Source: an uncultured Clostridia bacterium
Lineage (GTDB): Bacteria > Bacillota > Clostridia > Christensenellales > Aristaeellaceae
Assembly (NCBI GenBank): GCA_934643535.1
Contig: CAKUCE010000001.1
Coordinates: 1-33,442 of the forward strand
DNA length: 33,442 nt
Direction of reading: 5' to 3'
This document shows, one piece after another, positions 16,144 to 25,339 of the stretch. The notes below the pieces were generated by a model. It saw only the letters and a list, made by a program, of their open reading frames with translations. It was not told the origin of the DNA and did no database searches. Position 1 is the first letter of the stretch; the number at the start of each line of letters is the position of its first letter. The translations under genes were made by a program, and so were the position numbers.

Positions 16144-17504
16144 AACGTGGCAAGAGAGCATTGATCCTGGCAGGCGTACTGGCGCTGCTGGTACTGGCTT
16201 ACGTGGGCGTACAGAAGAGCGTATCCCGGCCCGAGACCGTGGCGGAGGAAAGCGGGACGTATCCGCTGACCTCCCATACGGCGGAGGAACTGACGAGCCT
16301 GCAATGGAGTTCCGGCGATGGGGAAGAGCAGGAGGCCCTGCACTTTATAAAGGCGGACGGTCAGTGGCAGGCGGACGGGGACGAAGCCTTCCCTGTGAAG
16401 CAGGACAGCGTTGAAGCGCTGGTGGAAACGCTGACGGCGCTGGAAGCGGACCGGAAGCTGGAAAATGTGGAAAAACCCGAAGACTACGGCCTGTCGAAAC
16501 CGTCCTTTTCGCTGACGGCAGGCTGGAGCGACGGCACGGAAACGGTGTACGCCATGGGCGATGAAACGCCCTTCGGCGACGGCTACTACCTGAGCCTTTC
16601 CGGGGAGGACGGCACCGTCTATACCGTGGCGGATTCGCTGAGCGACGCTTTCAGCGGAACGCTGCTGTCCTTTGCCCAGATGGAAGAACTGCCCGCTGTG
16701 GAAACCGCGACCCGACTGGTGGTGGGCGATACACTGGACGCAGAGGGAACCGCCCGGGAAACGGAAGGCGAAGAAGCCGCCCTGTGCTGGACGTGGAAAG
16801 CCACCGGGGAAAAGCTGGACGGCAGCGAAGTGGAAGCTCTGATCGACGAGATCAAAAACCTGAGCTGGACGGAACTCAAGGCGGTCAATGCCGATGACGA
16901 AGCGCTGTCCGGCTACGGCCTGACGGATGAACAGGCCACGGGTATTACCCTGTACGACGGCGAAACCATCGTTTGGAAGCTGCTGGCGGGGGCCGAAGCG
17001 GAGGAGGGCGGACGCTACGTCCGTCTGCCGGATTCTGCCATGGTGTACACGGCGGATGTGGACGCGCTGCTGGAAGCGGACGCCGACTCTCTGTATGACG
17101 CTGCGCTGACCGGTCTGATGGCGGAAGAAGTCAGCACGATCTCCGTCAAGGCGGGTGAGCAGGTATGGGAGTACGCCGCGGACAGCGCCGAAGCGGCGGA
17201 CGAGACCTCCGACGCAAGCGGCAATACCGAAACGGAAACCACGGCCGAAACGCCCCGGTGGGAGCAGCTGTTTGAGAAGCTCTCCGCCATGAAGGCCACC
17301 GGCCGCGCCGCCGGAACGCCCGGCACCACGCCGGTGCTGGAGGCCCAGATCGTCACCCAAACGGGCGGGAAGGAAACCTTCGCTTTCTTCCTCTACGACG
17401 AAAGCAGCTACCTGATGCCCATCAACGAAAACACGGGTTATCTCTTCTCCGCCGACAAGGTGGATCAGCTGCTGCGCGTCCTGCGCCTGTGGGACGCCGA
17501 ATAA
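16140..17504 (+). CDS. DUF4340-like protein (usual last gene of ATPase/ABC-2 permease/GldG/DUF4340 operons)
   Basis: TTG at 16140 overlaps the GldG-fragment stop (TTGA), with AGGAGG 8 nt upstream. It has an N-terminal anchor (KRGKRALILAGVLALLVLAYVG) followed by acidic repeats of similar beta-rich modules. The family call rests mainly on context and architecture. Confidence 0.65.
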   Translation: MKRGKRALILAGVLALLVLAYVGVQKSVSRPETVAEESGTYPLTSHTAEELTSLQWSSGDGEEQEALHFIKADGQWQADGDEAFPVKQDSVEALVETLTALEADRKLENVEKPEDYGLSKPSFSLTAGWSDGTETVYAMGDETPFGDGYYLSLSGEDGTVYTVADSLSDAFSGTLLSFAQMEELPAVETATRLVVGDTLDAEGTARETEGEEAALCWTWKATGEKLDGSEVEALIDEIKNLSWTELKAVNADDEALSGYGLTDEQATGITLYDGETIVWKLLAGAEAEEGGRYVRLPDSAMVYTADVDALLEADADSLYDAALTGLMAEEVSTISVKAGEQVWEYAADSAEAADETSDASGNTETETTAETPRWEQLFEKLSAMKATGRAAGTPGTTPVLEAQIVTQTGGKETFAFFLYDESSYLMPINENTGYLFSADKVDQLLRVLRLWDAE

Positions 17505-17518
17505 GGGAAACCGGGAGA

Positions 17519-17546
17519 GGAGCCGCCTGCGCAAACGGGCGGCTCC
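17519..17546 (+). terminator. Hairpin terminator after the DUF4340-like gene
   Basis: ggagccgcc-10 nt loop-ggcggctcc followed by ttcgtgcc, a weak U-tract. Confidence 0.55.
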
Positions 17547-17599
17547 TTCGTGCCTTCCAAAAAAATCCTTCTCAAACCGTTGAAAAGATTGTTTTTTTC

Positions 17600-17628
17600 T
17601 TGCATTTTGCGAATAAGTCTGCTATAAT
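17600..17628 (+). promoter_or_regulatory. rpsB promoter (TTGCAT-17-TGCTATAAT) with an A/T-rich UP-like region
   Basis: -35 at 17600-17605 and -10 at 17623-17628 with a TG extension. A T-run lies immediately upstream. It sits about 105 nt before the rpsB ATG. Confidence 0.7.
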
Positions 17629-17735
17629 CTACCCGATTACGCACCTTTGTCGATGGCGCGTTTGTGCTTCGCCTGACGGCGGAGTGACCGCGCTGAAGCG
17701 ACGCAAAGGGTGGATACAACAAGGAGGAACCCCAA

Positions 17736-18476
17736 ATGGCAGTTATTTCCATGAAACAGCTCCTGGAAGCGGGCGTGCACTTCGGTCATCAGACTCGCCG
17801 CTGGAACCCCAAAATGGCCCCCTACATCTTCACCGAGCGCAATGGCATCTACATCATCGACCTGCAGAAGACCGTCCGCAAGGTTGACGAAGCCTACAAT
17901 TTCGTGCGCGATCTGGCCATGGAAGGCAAGAGCGTTCTGTTCGTCGGCACCAAGAAGCAGGCTCAGGAGAGCATCGCTTCCGAAGCGCAGCGCTGCAACA
18001 TGTACTATGTCAACAACCGCTGGCTGGGCGGCATGCTGACCAACTTCCGCACCATCCGCACCCGCGTGGAGCGCCTGAACCAGATCGACAAGATGGAACA
18101 GCAGGGCCAGTTCGAGCTGCTGCCCAAGAAGGAAGTTATCAAGCTGCAGCACGAGCGCGAAAAGCTGGAAACCAACCTGGGCGGTATCCGTGAAATGAAG
18201 AAGCTGCCCGGCGCGCTGTTCATCGTCGACCCCCGCAAAGAACACATCGCCGTGTCCGAAGCCCGCGCTCTGGGCATCCCGATCGTCGCCATCGTGGACA
18301 CCAACTGCGATCCTGACGAAGTGGATTACGTGATCCCCGGCAACGACGACGCCATCCGTGCGGTCAAGCTGATCGCCGGCAAGCTGGCCGATGCCGTTCT
18401 GGAAGGCAAGCAGGGCGAGCAGGACGCCGCCGGCGAAGCCGCTCCCGAAGAAGAAGCCGCCAAGGTGGAAGAATAA
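17736..18476 (+). CDS. rpsB: 30S ribosomal protein S2
   Basis: 246 aa with AAGGAGG upstream. Unmistakable S2 sequence: [22 protein letters not shown]...IIDLQKT...FVGTKKQA...WLGGMLTN. Confidence 0.98.
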   Translation: MAVISMKQLLEAGVHFGHQTRRWNPKMAPYIFTERNGIYIIDLQKTVRKVDEAYNFVRDLAMEGKSVLFVGTKKQAQESIASEAQRCNMYYVNNRWLGGMLTNFRTIRTRVERLNQIDKMEQQGQFELLPKKEVIKLQHEREKLETNLGGIREMKKLPGALFIVDPRKEHIAVSEARALGIPIVAIVDTNCDPDEVDYVIPGNDDAIRAVKLIAGKLADAVLEGKQGEQDAAGEAAPEEEAAKVEE

Positions 18477-18491
18477 TTCAGCACGAAGCCT

Positions 18492-18516
18492 GCCAGAGGG
18501 GAATTTCCCCTCTGGC
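18492..18516 (+). other. Perfect 11-bp hairpin between rpsB and tsf (possible attenuator or processing/stability element)
   Basis: gccagagggga-att-tcccctctggc with no U-tract. An intercistronic attenuating terminator between rpsB and tsf is known in other bacteria. Confidence 0.5.
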
Positions 18517-18559
18517 GCTGCCTGTTCTATTGCATTATAAATAAGAAGGAGAGATCCCT

Positions 18560-19501
18560 ATGGCGAATATCACCGCTCAGATGGTGAAGGAACTGCGTGA
18601 AATGACCCAGGCCGGTATGATGGACTGCAAAAAGGCCCTGATGGAAGCCGAAGGCGAAATGGAAAAGGCCATTGAATGGCTGCGTGAAAAGGGCCTTGCC
18701 GCTGCCGCCAAGAAGGCCGGCCGCATTGCCGCCGAGGGCATGGTCGCCAGCTATGTGTCCGACGACGCGTCCGTGGGCGTGATCGTGGAAGTCAACTGCG
18801 AGACCGACTTCGTTGCCAATACCGACAACTTCAAGGCTTTCTGCGCTAAGGTCGCCAAGCACATCGCGCTGGCCAAGCCCGCCGACGTGGACGAGCTGCT
18901 GACCCAGAAGTATGTGGACGATGAAAGCAAGACTATCACCGACCTGGTGAGCGATGCGACCGTCGCCATCGGCGAAAAGATCTCCATCCGCCGCTTTGCC
19001 CGTTTTGAGACCAAGGAAGGCGCTGTGGAAAGCTACATTCATATGGGCGGCAAGATCGGCGTTCTGGTGGAAACCAAGAACGACAATCCCGCTTCCTTCT
19101 CCGCTCCCGCTTTCAAGGCGTTCTATCATGACGTGGCCCTGCAGATCGCCGCTGCCCGTCCTTCTTATGTCCGCAAGAGCGAAGTGCCCTCTGAGAACCT
19201 GAACAAGGAGAAGGAAATCCTCCGCGCTCAGGCCCTGAACGAAGGCAAGCCCGAGAAGATCGTGGACAAGATGGTGGAAGGCCGTATCGAGAAGTATTAC
19301 AAGGAAGTTTGCCTGCTGGATCAGCCCTTCGTCAAGGACAGCGACAAGTGCATCAATCAGGTTATGGCCGAGACTGCCAAGGAAATCGGCGCGAACATCG
19401 ACATCGTGCGTTTCGAGCGTTTTGAGCGCGGCGAAGGCATCGAAAAGCGTCAGGACAACTTCGCGGAAGAAATCGCTGCTCAGATGGCTGCCAGGGGCTA
19501 A
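18560..19501 (+). CDS. tsf: Translation elongation factor Ts
   Basis: 313 aa with AAGGAGAG upstream. Contains the N-terminal UBA-like motif [42 protein letters not shown]. Confidence 0.97.
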   Translation: MANITAQMVKELREMTQAGMMDCKKALMEAEGEMEKAIEWLREKGLAAAAKKAGRIAAEGMVASYVSDDASVGVIVEVNCETDFVANTDNFKAFCAKVAKHIALAKPADVDELLTQKYVDDESKTITDLVSDATVAIGEKISIRRFARFETKEGAVESYIHMGGKIGVLVETKNDNPASFSAPAFKAFYHDVALQIAAARPSYVRKSEVPSENLNKEKEILRAQALNEGKPEKIVDKMVEGRIEKYYKEVCLLDQPFVKDSDKCINQVMAETAKEIGANIDIVRFERFERGEGIEKRQDNFAEEIAAQMAARG

Positions 19502-19518
19502 GCCCCTGGACCCGTGGA

Positions 19519-19539
19519 CTGCGCGCCTTTGGCGCGCAG
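19519..19539 (+). terminator. GC-rich hairpin immediately after tsf (terminator-like, no U-tract)
   Basis: ctgcgcgcc-ttt-ggcgcgcag, starting 18 nt after the tsf stop. Confidence 0.35.
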
Positions 19540-19702
19540 GGTACTCGGAGACAGGAAAGTTGGCTCCGGAGTTACCGCCGCTCGGCGACGGGCCTCGCGG
19601 CTCGCAATATGGGTCGGGATTCTGCAAGTAATTTTTAGACGAAAAAAGAACATTTGCCAGTGGTAAATGTTAGCCCCGTTGCCCTGTGACTAGGCTGCAC
19701 TT

Positions 19703-19762
19703 GTGCGGTCAGCAGCGGGATTCTCAAGGGTTATAACCCTTGAGCGGGGGTTTTCAGGGGGC
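19703..19762. repeat. 60-nt perfect direct repeat, copy 1 (multi-hairpin unit)
   Basis: Identical to 19841-19900. Contains the 22-nt perfect palindrome ctcaagggttataacccttgag (19723-19744), followed by a G5C/GC5 hairpin. Confidence 0.9.
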
Positions 19763-19840
19763 AGCGCCCCCGGATGAAGCATCAGATCATCTACCATAAG
19801 GTGGATGTAAACCCCACCGCCTGACGACCTGACCGCACGT

Positions 19841-19900
19841 GTGCGGTCAGCAGCGGGATTCTCAAGGGTTATAACCCTTGAGCGGGGGTTTTCAGGGGGC
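19841..19900. repeat. 60-nt perfect direct repeat, copy 2 (multi-hairpin unit)
   Basis: 138-nt period relative to copy 1. It is flanked by two further perfect hairpins: ctgaccgcac-gt-gtgcggtcag (19829-19850) and ttcagggggc-gga-gccccctgaa (19891-19913). Confidence 0.9.
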
Positions 19901-20024
19901 GGAGCCCCCTGAAGGGCCGTTGCACGAAAACGAGGAACTTGAGGGGCTTTGGCCCCGCTCCCTCCGTTCTTCCTGCAGCGGCCCTTTTCTTTGGCACAGG
20001 ATATGCGAAGAAGGGGGAAACAAA

Positions 20025-20735
20025 ATGGCGACTTATCATCGGGTCATTTTGAAATTGAGCGGCGAAGCGCTGGGCGTGGACGGACATGGCTTCTGCCATG
20101 AAAAATTTGAAGAGGCCGCGCGGATGCTCATCGACGTGCAGAAAACCGGCGTGGAGCTGGCCGTGGTCATCGGCGGCGGCAACGTGTGGCGCGGCCGCCG
20201 GGGCGCAGCCATGCGCATGGGCACCGTGGCTGCCGACCAGATGGGGATGCTGGGCACATTGCAGAATTGCCTGTATATGCGGGATACGCTGGAGCATCTG
20301 GGCGCGAAGGCCGCGGTCATGAGCGCGCTGGAAATGCCCCGTATCGCCGAGACCTACAATACCGTCGCCGCGATGGAAAAACTCCGTCAGGGCCAGATCC
20401 TGCTGCTGAGCTGCGGCATCGGCAACCCCTGCTTCACTACCGATACCTGTGTGGCCCTGCGCGCCATTGAACTGGAATGCGATGCGGTGCTGATGGCCAA
20501 GAATATCGACGGTGTGTATACCGCCGATCCCCATGTAGACCCCAGCGCCACGCTGATCTCCGATATTTCCTACGGTGAAGCCGCCGAACGGGGCCTGAAG
20601 GTGATGGACGCGACCGCGTTTATCCTGCTGCGGGATAATCATGTGCCGCAGGTGCGCGTGTTCGGGCTGGAACCTCCCACCAATATTCTGCGCGTGCTGG
20701 AGGGCGATCCCATGGGCACGGTGCTGCACCCCTGA
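20025..20735 (+). CDS. pyrH: UMP kinase
   Basis: I chose the ATG at 20025 (AAGGGGGA 7 nt upstream), giving 236 aa. Contains YHRVILKLSGEAL, VIGGGNVWRG and TTDTCVALRA.ELE.D. The tracked longer ORF runs into the repeat region and has no RBS. Confidence 0.95.
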   Translation: MATYHRVILKLSGEALGVDGHGFCHEKFEEAARMLIDVQKTGVELAVVIGGGNVWRGRRGAAMRMGTVAADQMGMLGTLQNCLYMRDTLEHLGAKAAVMSALEMPRIAETYNTVAAMEKLRQGQILLLSCGIGNPCFTTDTCVALRAIELECDAVLMAKNIDGVYTADPHVDPSATLISDISYGEAAERGLKVMDATAFILLRDNHVPQVRVFGLEPPTNILRVLEGDPMGTVLHP

Positions 20736-20761
20736 TCCCGAAAGAGAAGGAGAAACGAAGA

Positions 20762-22486
20762 ATGGATACCAAACAAAGCCTTGCCAATGTAATCACCGAG
20801 GCCATTGAGGCCTGTTACCCCGGGGTGGAGGGCCTGCCGGACGCTGCCGCGATTTCCGGAATGCTGGAGATCCCCCCGGAAAAGGAAATGGGCGATTACG
20901 CCTTCCCCTGCTTTAAGCTGAGCCGCGCCCTGCATATGGGCCCGCCCCAGATCGCCGGAAATCTGGCGGGAGCCATTTCCGCCGGGCACCTGTGCGAAGC
21001 CAAACAGCAGGGCGGATACCTGAACTTCTTCCTTAACCGGGATAATTTCGCCCGGGAAACGCTGGAAACCGTGCTGTCCGCCGGGGAAAACTACGGCGCG
21101 GGACAGGAAGGTGCGGGAAAGACCATCTGCCTGGACTATTCCTCCATCAATATTGCCAAGCGGTTCCATATCGGCCACCTGAGCACCACCATGCTGGGCC
21201 ACAGCCTGGCCCGTATCTACCGCTTCCTTGGCTATCAGACGGTCAGCATCAACCATCTGGGCGATTGGGGAACCCAGTTCGGCAAGCTGATCTATGCCTA
21301 CAAGACCTGGGGCAGCCGGGAAGAGGTAGAGGCCAAGGGCGTGCCGGAGCTGACCCGGCTATACGTGAAATTCCATGAGGAAGCGGAGCGGCATCCCGAG
21401 CTGGAAGACGAGGGCCGCCGCTGGTTCAAGGCTATCGAGGACGGCGACGCGGAAGCGCTGGAGCTGTTCAACTGGTTCAAGGAATTGACCCTGCGGGACG
21501 CCAAGCCCGTTTATGACCTGCTGGGCGTGCAGTTCGACAGCTATAACGGCGAGAGCTTCTATGTGGATAAGACCGACCGCGTGGTGGAGGAGTTGCGGGA
21601 GAAGAACCTGCTGACTATTTCCGACGGTGCGTCCGTGGTGGATCTGGACGAGGAAAAGTCCGGCATGCCGCCCTGCCTGATCCTGAAAAAAGACGGCACC
21701 ACGATCTATGCGACCCGTGATATTGCCGCCGCCCTGTACCGCAAGGAGACCTATGATTTCGATAAGTGCCTCTACGTGGTGGCTTATCAGCAGGACCTGC
21801 ATTTCCGGCAGTGGTTCAAGGTCATCGAGAAGATGGGCTATCCGTGGTATAAGGATCTGGTCCATGTGGCCTTCGGCATGATCTCCTATGAGGGACAGAG
21901 CCTTTCCACCCGCAAGGGCCATGTGCTCTTTTTGGAGGACGTGCTGAATATGGCCATCCAAAAGGCGCGGGCTATTATCGAGGAAAAGAGCCCCAACCTG
22001 GAAAACAAGGACGAAGTGGCGCGGCAGGTGGGCGTGGGCGCAGTGGTCTATGCCGATCTGCAGAACAGCCGCATCAAGGACATCGACTTCAGCTGGGATC
22101 GTGTGCTGAGCTTCGACGGCGAGACCGGCCCCTACGTGCAGTACACCCACGCCCGCTGCTGCAGCGCGCTGCGCAAGGCCGAGGGTCTGGAGGCCGCCGA
22201 GCCGGATTACAGCGCCCTGTCGGACGACTATGCGCAGGAGCTGCTGCGCCAGCTGAGCCGCTTCCCCGAGACGGTGCGGGAGGCTGCCAGCCGCTACGAG
22301 CCCAGCATCATCACCCGGGCCGTTACCGAGCTGTGCAAAGCCTACAACAAGTTCTATTATGAAAACCGTATCATCGTGGATGAGGCTCCCGTGCGGGAGG
22401 CCCGTGTCCGCCTGACCAAAGCGGTGAAGGATACCATCAAGACCGGTCTGTATCTGATCGGAATCGAAGCGCCGGAGCGGATGTAA
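20762..22486 (+). CDS. argS: Arginine--tRNA ligase
   Basis: 574 aa with GAAGGAG upstream. Contains the HIGH-type motif (KRFHIGHL), an MSTRKG-type loop (LSTRKG), and the typical C-terminus ending in M. Confidence 0.93.
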   Translation: MDTKQSLANVITEAIEACYPGVEGLPDAAAISGMLEIPPEKEMGDYAFPCFKLSRALHMGPPQIAGNLAGAISAGHLCEAKQQGGYLNFFLNRDNFARETLETVLSAGENYGAGQEGAGKTICLDYSSINIAKRFHIGHLSTTMLGHSLARIYRFLGYQTVSINHLGDWGTQFGKLIYAYKTWGSREEVEAKGVPELTRLYVKFHEEAERHPELEDEGRRWFKAIEDGDAEALELFNWFKELTLRDAKPVYDLLGVQFDSYNGESFYVDKTDRVVEELREKNLLTISDGASVVDLDEEKSGMPPCLILKKDGTTIYATRDIAAALYRKETYDFDKCLYVVAYQQDLHFRQWFKVIEKMGYPWYKDLVHVAFGMISYEGQSLSTRKGHVLFLEDVLNMAIQKARAIIEEKSPNLENKDEVARQVGVGAVVYADLQNSRIKDIDFSWDRVLSFDGETGPYVQYTHARCCSALRKAEGLEAAEPDYSALSDDYAQELLRQLSRFPETVREAASRYEPSIITRAVTELCKAYNKFYYENRIIVDEAPVREARVRLTKAVKDTIKTGLYLIGIEAPERM

Positions 22487-22487
22487 G

Positions 22488-23264
22488 ATGCTGTTGACCA
22501 GTACGAAAAATCCGATCGTGCAGTCCGCCAAGGCCCTGCAGACGGCCAAAGGCCGCCGGGAGCAGGATGCGTTTCTCTGCGACGGCGAGCATATGACCGG
22601 CGAAGCCCTGCGGGCCTGCCCGGAAAAGGTCTCCGCTCTGTTTGTGGAGGACGGCCAGCAGGAGCGTTTTGCCCCCCTGCTGGCGCTGGCCCGGCAGACG
22701 GAATGTACGATCTACGAAGTGAGCATGGCGGTGCTGGAAACCATTTCGCAGGTGAAGACGCCGCAGGGCATCGCCGCCGTCTGCGGCCTGCCGAAAGCCT
22801 GCCCGCTGGAGCGGCAGGGACAAAAGCTGCTCCTGATGGAGAACGTGCAGGACCCGGGCAACGTGGGCACCATTCTGCGGACGCTGGACGCGGCGGGCTT
22901 CGACGGCTGCGTCCTGACCCCGGGCTGCGCCGATCCCTTCGCCCCCAAAACCATGCGGGCCACCATGGGAAGCCTGTTCCGGGTGCCCATGACCTTTGTG
23001 GAAAACGGAGCGGAGGCGGCTCGTTGGCTGCGAACGAACGGATGGGCCGTGATCGGCGCGGAGCTGCGCGGTCAGCCCTTCTATCAGCGGGGCACTCGCC
23101 CGGACAAGCTCTGTGTGCTGATCGGCAATGAGGGCGCAGGGCTGACGGAGGAAATTCTGGCCCAGTGCAGCTTCCGCTATAAGCTGCCCATGCGGGGCGG
23201 CGCGGAAAGCCTGAACGCGGGCATTGCCGCGGCGGTCATGATGTACGATCTGATGAACCGGTAA
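22488..23264 (+). CDS. SpoU/TrmH-family RNA 2'-O-methyltransferase
   Basis: 258 aa. The ATG is 1 nt after the argS stop. SPOUT motifs are present: ENVQDPGNVGTILRTLDAAG, LIGNEGAGL and IPMRGGAESLNAGIAAAVMMY. Confidence 0.9.
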   Translation: MLLTSTKNPIVQSAKALQTAKGRREQDAFLCDGEHMTGEALRACPEKVSALFVEDGQQERFAPLLALARQTECTIYEVSMAVLETISQVKTPQGIAAVCGLPKACPLERQGQKLLLMENVQDPGNVGTILRTLDAAGFDGCVLTPGCADPFAPKTMRATMGSLFRVPMTFVENGAEAARWLRTNGWAVIGAELRGQPFYQRGTRPDKLCVLIGNEGAGLTEEILAQCSFRYKLPMRGGAESLNAGIAAAVMMYDLMNR

Positions 23265-23265
23265 A

Positions 23266-23320
23266 ACAAAAACGAGGGGCTGCCGATCCAAAAGCGGAAC
23301 GGCGGCCCCTCGTTTTTGTT
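23266..23320. terminator. Bidirectional terminator between the convergent trmH-like and membrane-protein genes
   Basis: aaaaa-cgaggggc-(inner stem gccg/cggc)-gcccctcg-ttttt, with A-runs and T-runs on both sides. Confidence 0.8.
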
Positions 23321-23327
23321 TGGGTCT

Positions 23328-25265
23328 TTATTCGCTCATTGAAGAAAAATGAATTTCGTCCCCTTCATAGGAGACGGCATACACGCCTACAGGCTCCGGC
23401 CAGTCGCACTGTTCCTCCAACCCCAGCGCCTCGTCGATCTGATCCCAATAGAGATAGTCGTCGATGCGCAGAAAGAGAAAATCGCAGCGGTTTTCCCGCA
23501 GCAGACGGTAGAGGCTCTCGGTGGTCAATTCGCCCAGACGGTCGTAATCCTCCACGGGATATTGAACGATATGCATCCGCATGGGCAGGGCGTAATATTG
23601 ATAAATATGGGTTTTGCCGCTGGTGCTTTTGATCTCGGCAGCGCTGTAGCTGCAATCGATCAGCAGGGCGTGCCGGTTGGCGTATTCCTCAAAGGGGAAG
23701 CCTCCCAGCTCTTCTTCATAATATTCCAGCGCAAAGGGACGAAAGATCCCATCGTCGTTCTGAAGCGGAAGCTGGCCGGTGAAGACCTCCGGCGGCTGGA
23801 TCAGCAGCATCAGGGGCAGAATCGCCGCCACGGCCCAGCGGGCCGGAAGCTGAGCCGGGAAGCGCCATGCCTCATCCTGCCCCGCCAGCAGGCGGATCAG
23901 CAGGAAGACGAAGAGCATCAGCACCGGCGTGAGCGCAGTGTTCATGTAGTTCAGGGCCACGGCAGCGATCTCCTCCTGCACCACGAAGCCGGCGATCAGG
24001 CCCACGGTGTAGCACAGCGCCGCCACGGTCAAGGCCAGCAGCGCGCCCAGCGTCCGGCGGCGCTGGGCCCTGGGCTGAAACGCCGCCAGCACGATCGCCA
24101 GTCCTGCGCCCACCAGCAGCCACGGGTAGGCACTGTGCCAGAGAGAATCGCCGAATTGGGCGACCAACGGCTGCAGCCGCTCCCACAGATCGCTGCTCAG
24201 GGAACCCATCAGTTCGCCGGTGCGGGGATTGCCGCCCAGCAGACTGGCAAGGGAGGGAGCGCTGACGCTGGTGACGGCAGGGGTCAGCCCGTAGGCGGCT
24301 TTCGCCAGCTCCGCCTGTTCATAGGCAAGCTGGGAATGGTAGTGATACAAGATCGACCACGAGAAATGCACGATGACCGGCAGAAGCACGGCCAGCCAGC
24401 TCATCCAGCGCAGGGCACGGACGGGCCGGCCAGATTTTTTCACGCCGGGAATGGAAAACAGCATGGACGCGCCGATGACCAGCGCAAACAGCAGACCGGA
24501 ATAGATCTTCATCCCCGTCAGCACCGCCGCGGCGCACAGGGACGGCAGCCACGAAGCGGGACGATCGTCCCTGCGGAAGAACAGACTCAGAAGCCCCGCC
24601 GTCAGCAGCGCTGCCATGGGGCCATCACCCCGGGTGGAAAAGACTGTCAGGCCAAAGGTGGAGAACAGATAGGCCAGCACGGCTCCGGTCAGGGCCGGGA
24701 GCCATTTCCCTTCCAGCAGATCGCCAACCGCCATGCAGGAGGCCAGAATCGCTGAAGCAATCACCATCAGAAGCCCCGCGTCCTGCCAGCCAAAGAACCG
24801 CACCACGCAGTATTGCAGCGAAGCCAGCAGGGGAAAATAGTCGCTGTGGCCCATGTTGGTGTCCATATGAATGGGAAAGCGTCCGTCGGTGTACAGCTCC
24901 CGGACGATCCGCATCCAGTAGGAATAGGAGTCATGATCGGTGATCCGCACGTTCTTCAGTGCCAGAAGACATCCGGCGCACAGCAGCAGCCAGACCAGCA
25001 GATTGGGCCGCAGCACCCGCTGGCGAAGCTGCCGTCGGTTGAACAGCAGCAGCGCCAGCCCCGCCGCCAGCGCGGCCAGACCGCCTGCCATCAGCAAAAA
25101 GGCCGTCGCTTGCCGCAGCGGAAGCACGATCACGCCGATGTAGGCCGTCAGCAGCATGCCGCATACGGCGCACAGCAGCGCCTGTCCCAGCTTCAGCGGG
25201 CGTATCAGCGCCATCCAGAGCAGGGCCCAGCCCAGCAGCGAGGCAAAATACCATCCGTCCGTCAT
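23328..25265 (-). CDS. Polytopic integral membrane protein (about 12 or more hydrophobic helices) with a ~170-aa C-terminal soluble domain; function unknown
   Basis: 645-aa ORF with the ATG at 25265. About 470 aa are hydrophobic, followed by an acidic/aromatic soluble domain. The loop motif ITDHDSYSYWMRIVRELYTDGRF (around 24870-24945) weakly resembles the Asp-loop of GT-C glycosyltransferases, but it sits after about 4 helices rather than 1. Confidence 0.8.
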   Translation of the reverse strand: MTDGWYFASLLGWALLWMALIRPLKLGQALLCAVCGMLLTAYIGVIVLPLRQATAFLLMAGGLAALAAGLALLLFNRRQLRQRVLRPNLLVWLLLCAGCLLALKNVRITDHDSYSYWMRIVRELYTDGRFPIHMDTNMGHSDYFPLLASLQYCVVRFFGWQDAGLLMVIASAILASCMAVGDLLEGKWLPALTGAVLAYLFSTFGLTVFSTRGDGPMAALLTAGLLSLFFRRDDRPASWLPSLCAAAVLTGMKIYSGLLFALVIGASMLFSIPGVKKSGRPVRALRWMSWLAVLLPVIVHFSWSILYHYHSQLAYEQAELAKAAYGLTPAVTSVSAPSLASLLGGNPRTGELMGSLSSDLWERLQPLVAQFGDSLWHSAYPWLLVGAGLAIVLAAFQPRAQRRRTLGALLALTVAALCYTVGLIAGFVVQEEIAAVALNYMNTALTPVLMLFVFLLIRLLAGQDEAWRFPAQLPARWAVAAILPLMLLIQPPEVFTGQLPLQNDDGIFRPFALEYYEEELGGFPFEEYANRHALLIDCSYSAAEIKSTSGKTHIYQYYALPMRMHIVQYPVEDYDRLGELTTESLYRLLRENRCDFLFLRIDDYLYWDQIDEALGLEEQCDWPEPVGVYAVSYEGDEIHFSSMSE

Positions 25266-25295
25266 TTGATTTCAGTCCCTTCCGGGTGAGATAGG

Positions 25296-25325
25296 AAAAG
25301 GGGACTGCGCAGCCCGCAGTCCCCC
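25296..25325 (-). terminator. Hairpin with a U-tract between the secreted-protein gene and the membrane-protein gene (partial terminator or attenuator)
   Basis: The minus strand reads ggggactgcg-ggctg-cgcagtcccc followed by ttttcc. Only about 30 nt remain before the next ATG, which leaves no room for a separate promoter. Confidence 0.65.
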
Positions 25326-25339
25326 GAAAAGGATTCGCC

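Noticed and set aside
15834-17534. 566-aa ORF antisense to the DUF4340-like gene
   Set aside because: An antisense artefact with an Arg/Gly/Phe-rich translation and no start context.
19553-19560. aggaaagt word reminiscent of the RNase P RNA GGAAAGUCC motif
   Set aside because: The motif is incomplete (followed by tgg rather than cc), and none of the other conserved RNase P regions are present nearby.
1-19900. Possibility that the 140-nt and 138-nt period repeats are CRISPR arrays
   Set aside because: Each locus has only two copies. The units are 60-85 nt, far longer than CRISPR repeats. The spacers are partly similar to each other, and there are no cas genes.
20736-20761. T-box leader upstream of argS, and an L-box upstream of dapF (26819-27042)
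   Set aside because: The pyrH-argS spacer is only 26 nt. The dapF upstream region places the -10 about 24 nt from the ATG and shows none of the conserved riboswitch helices by eye.
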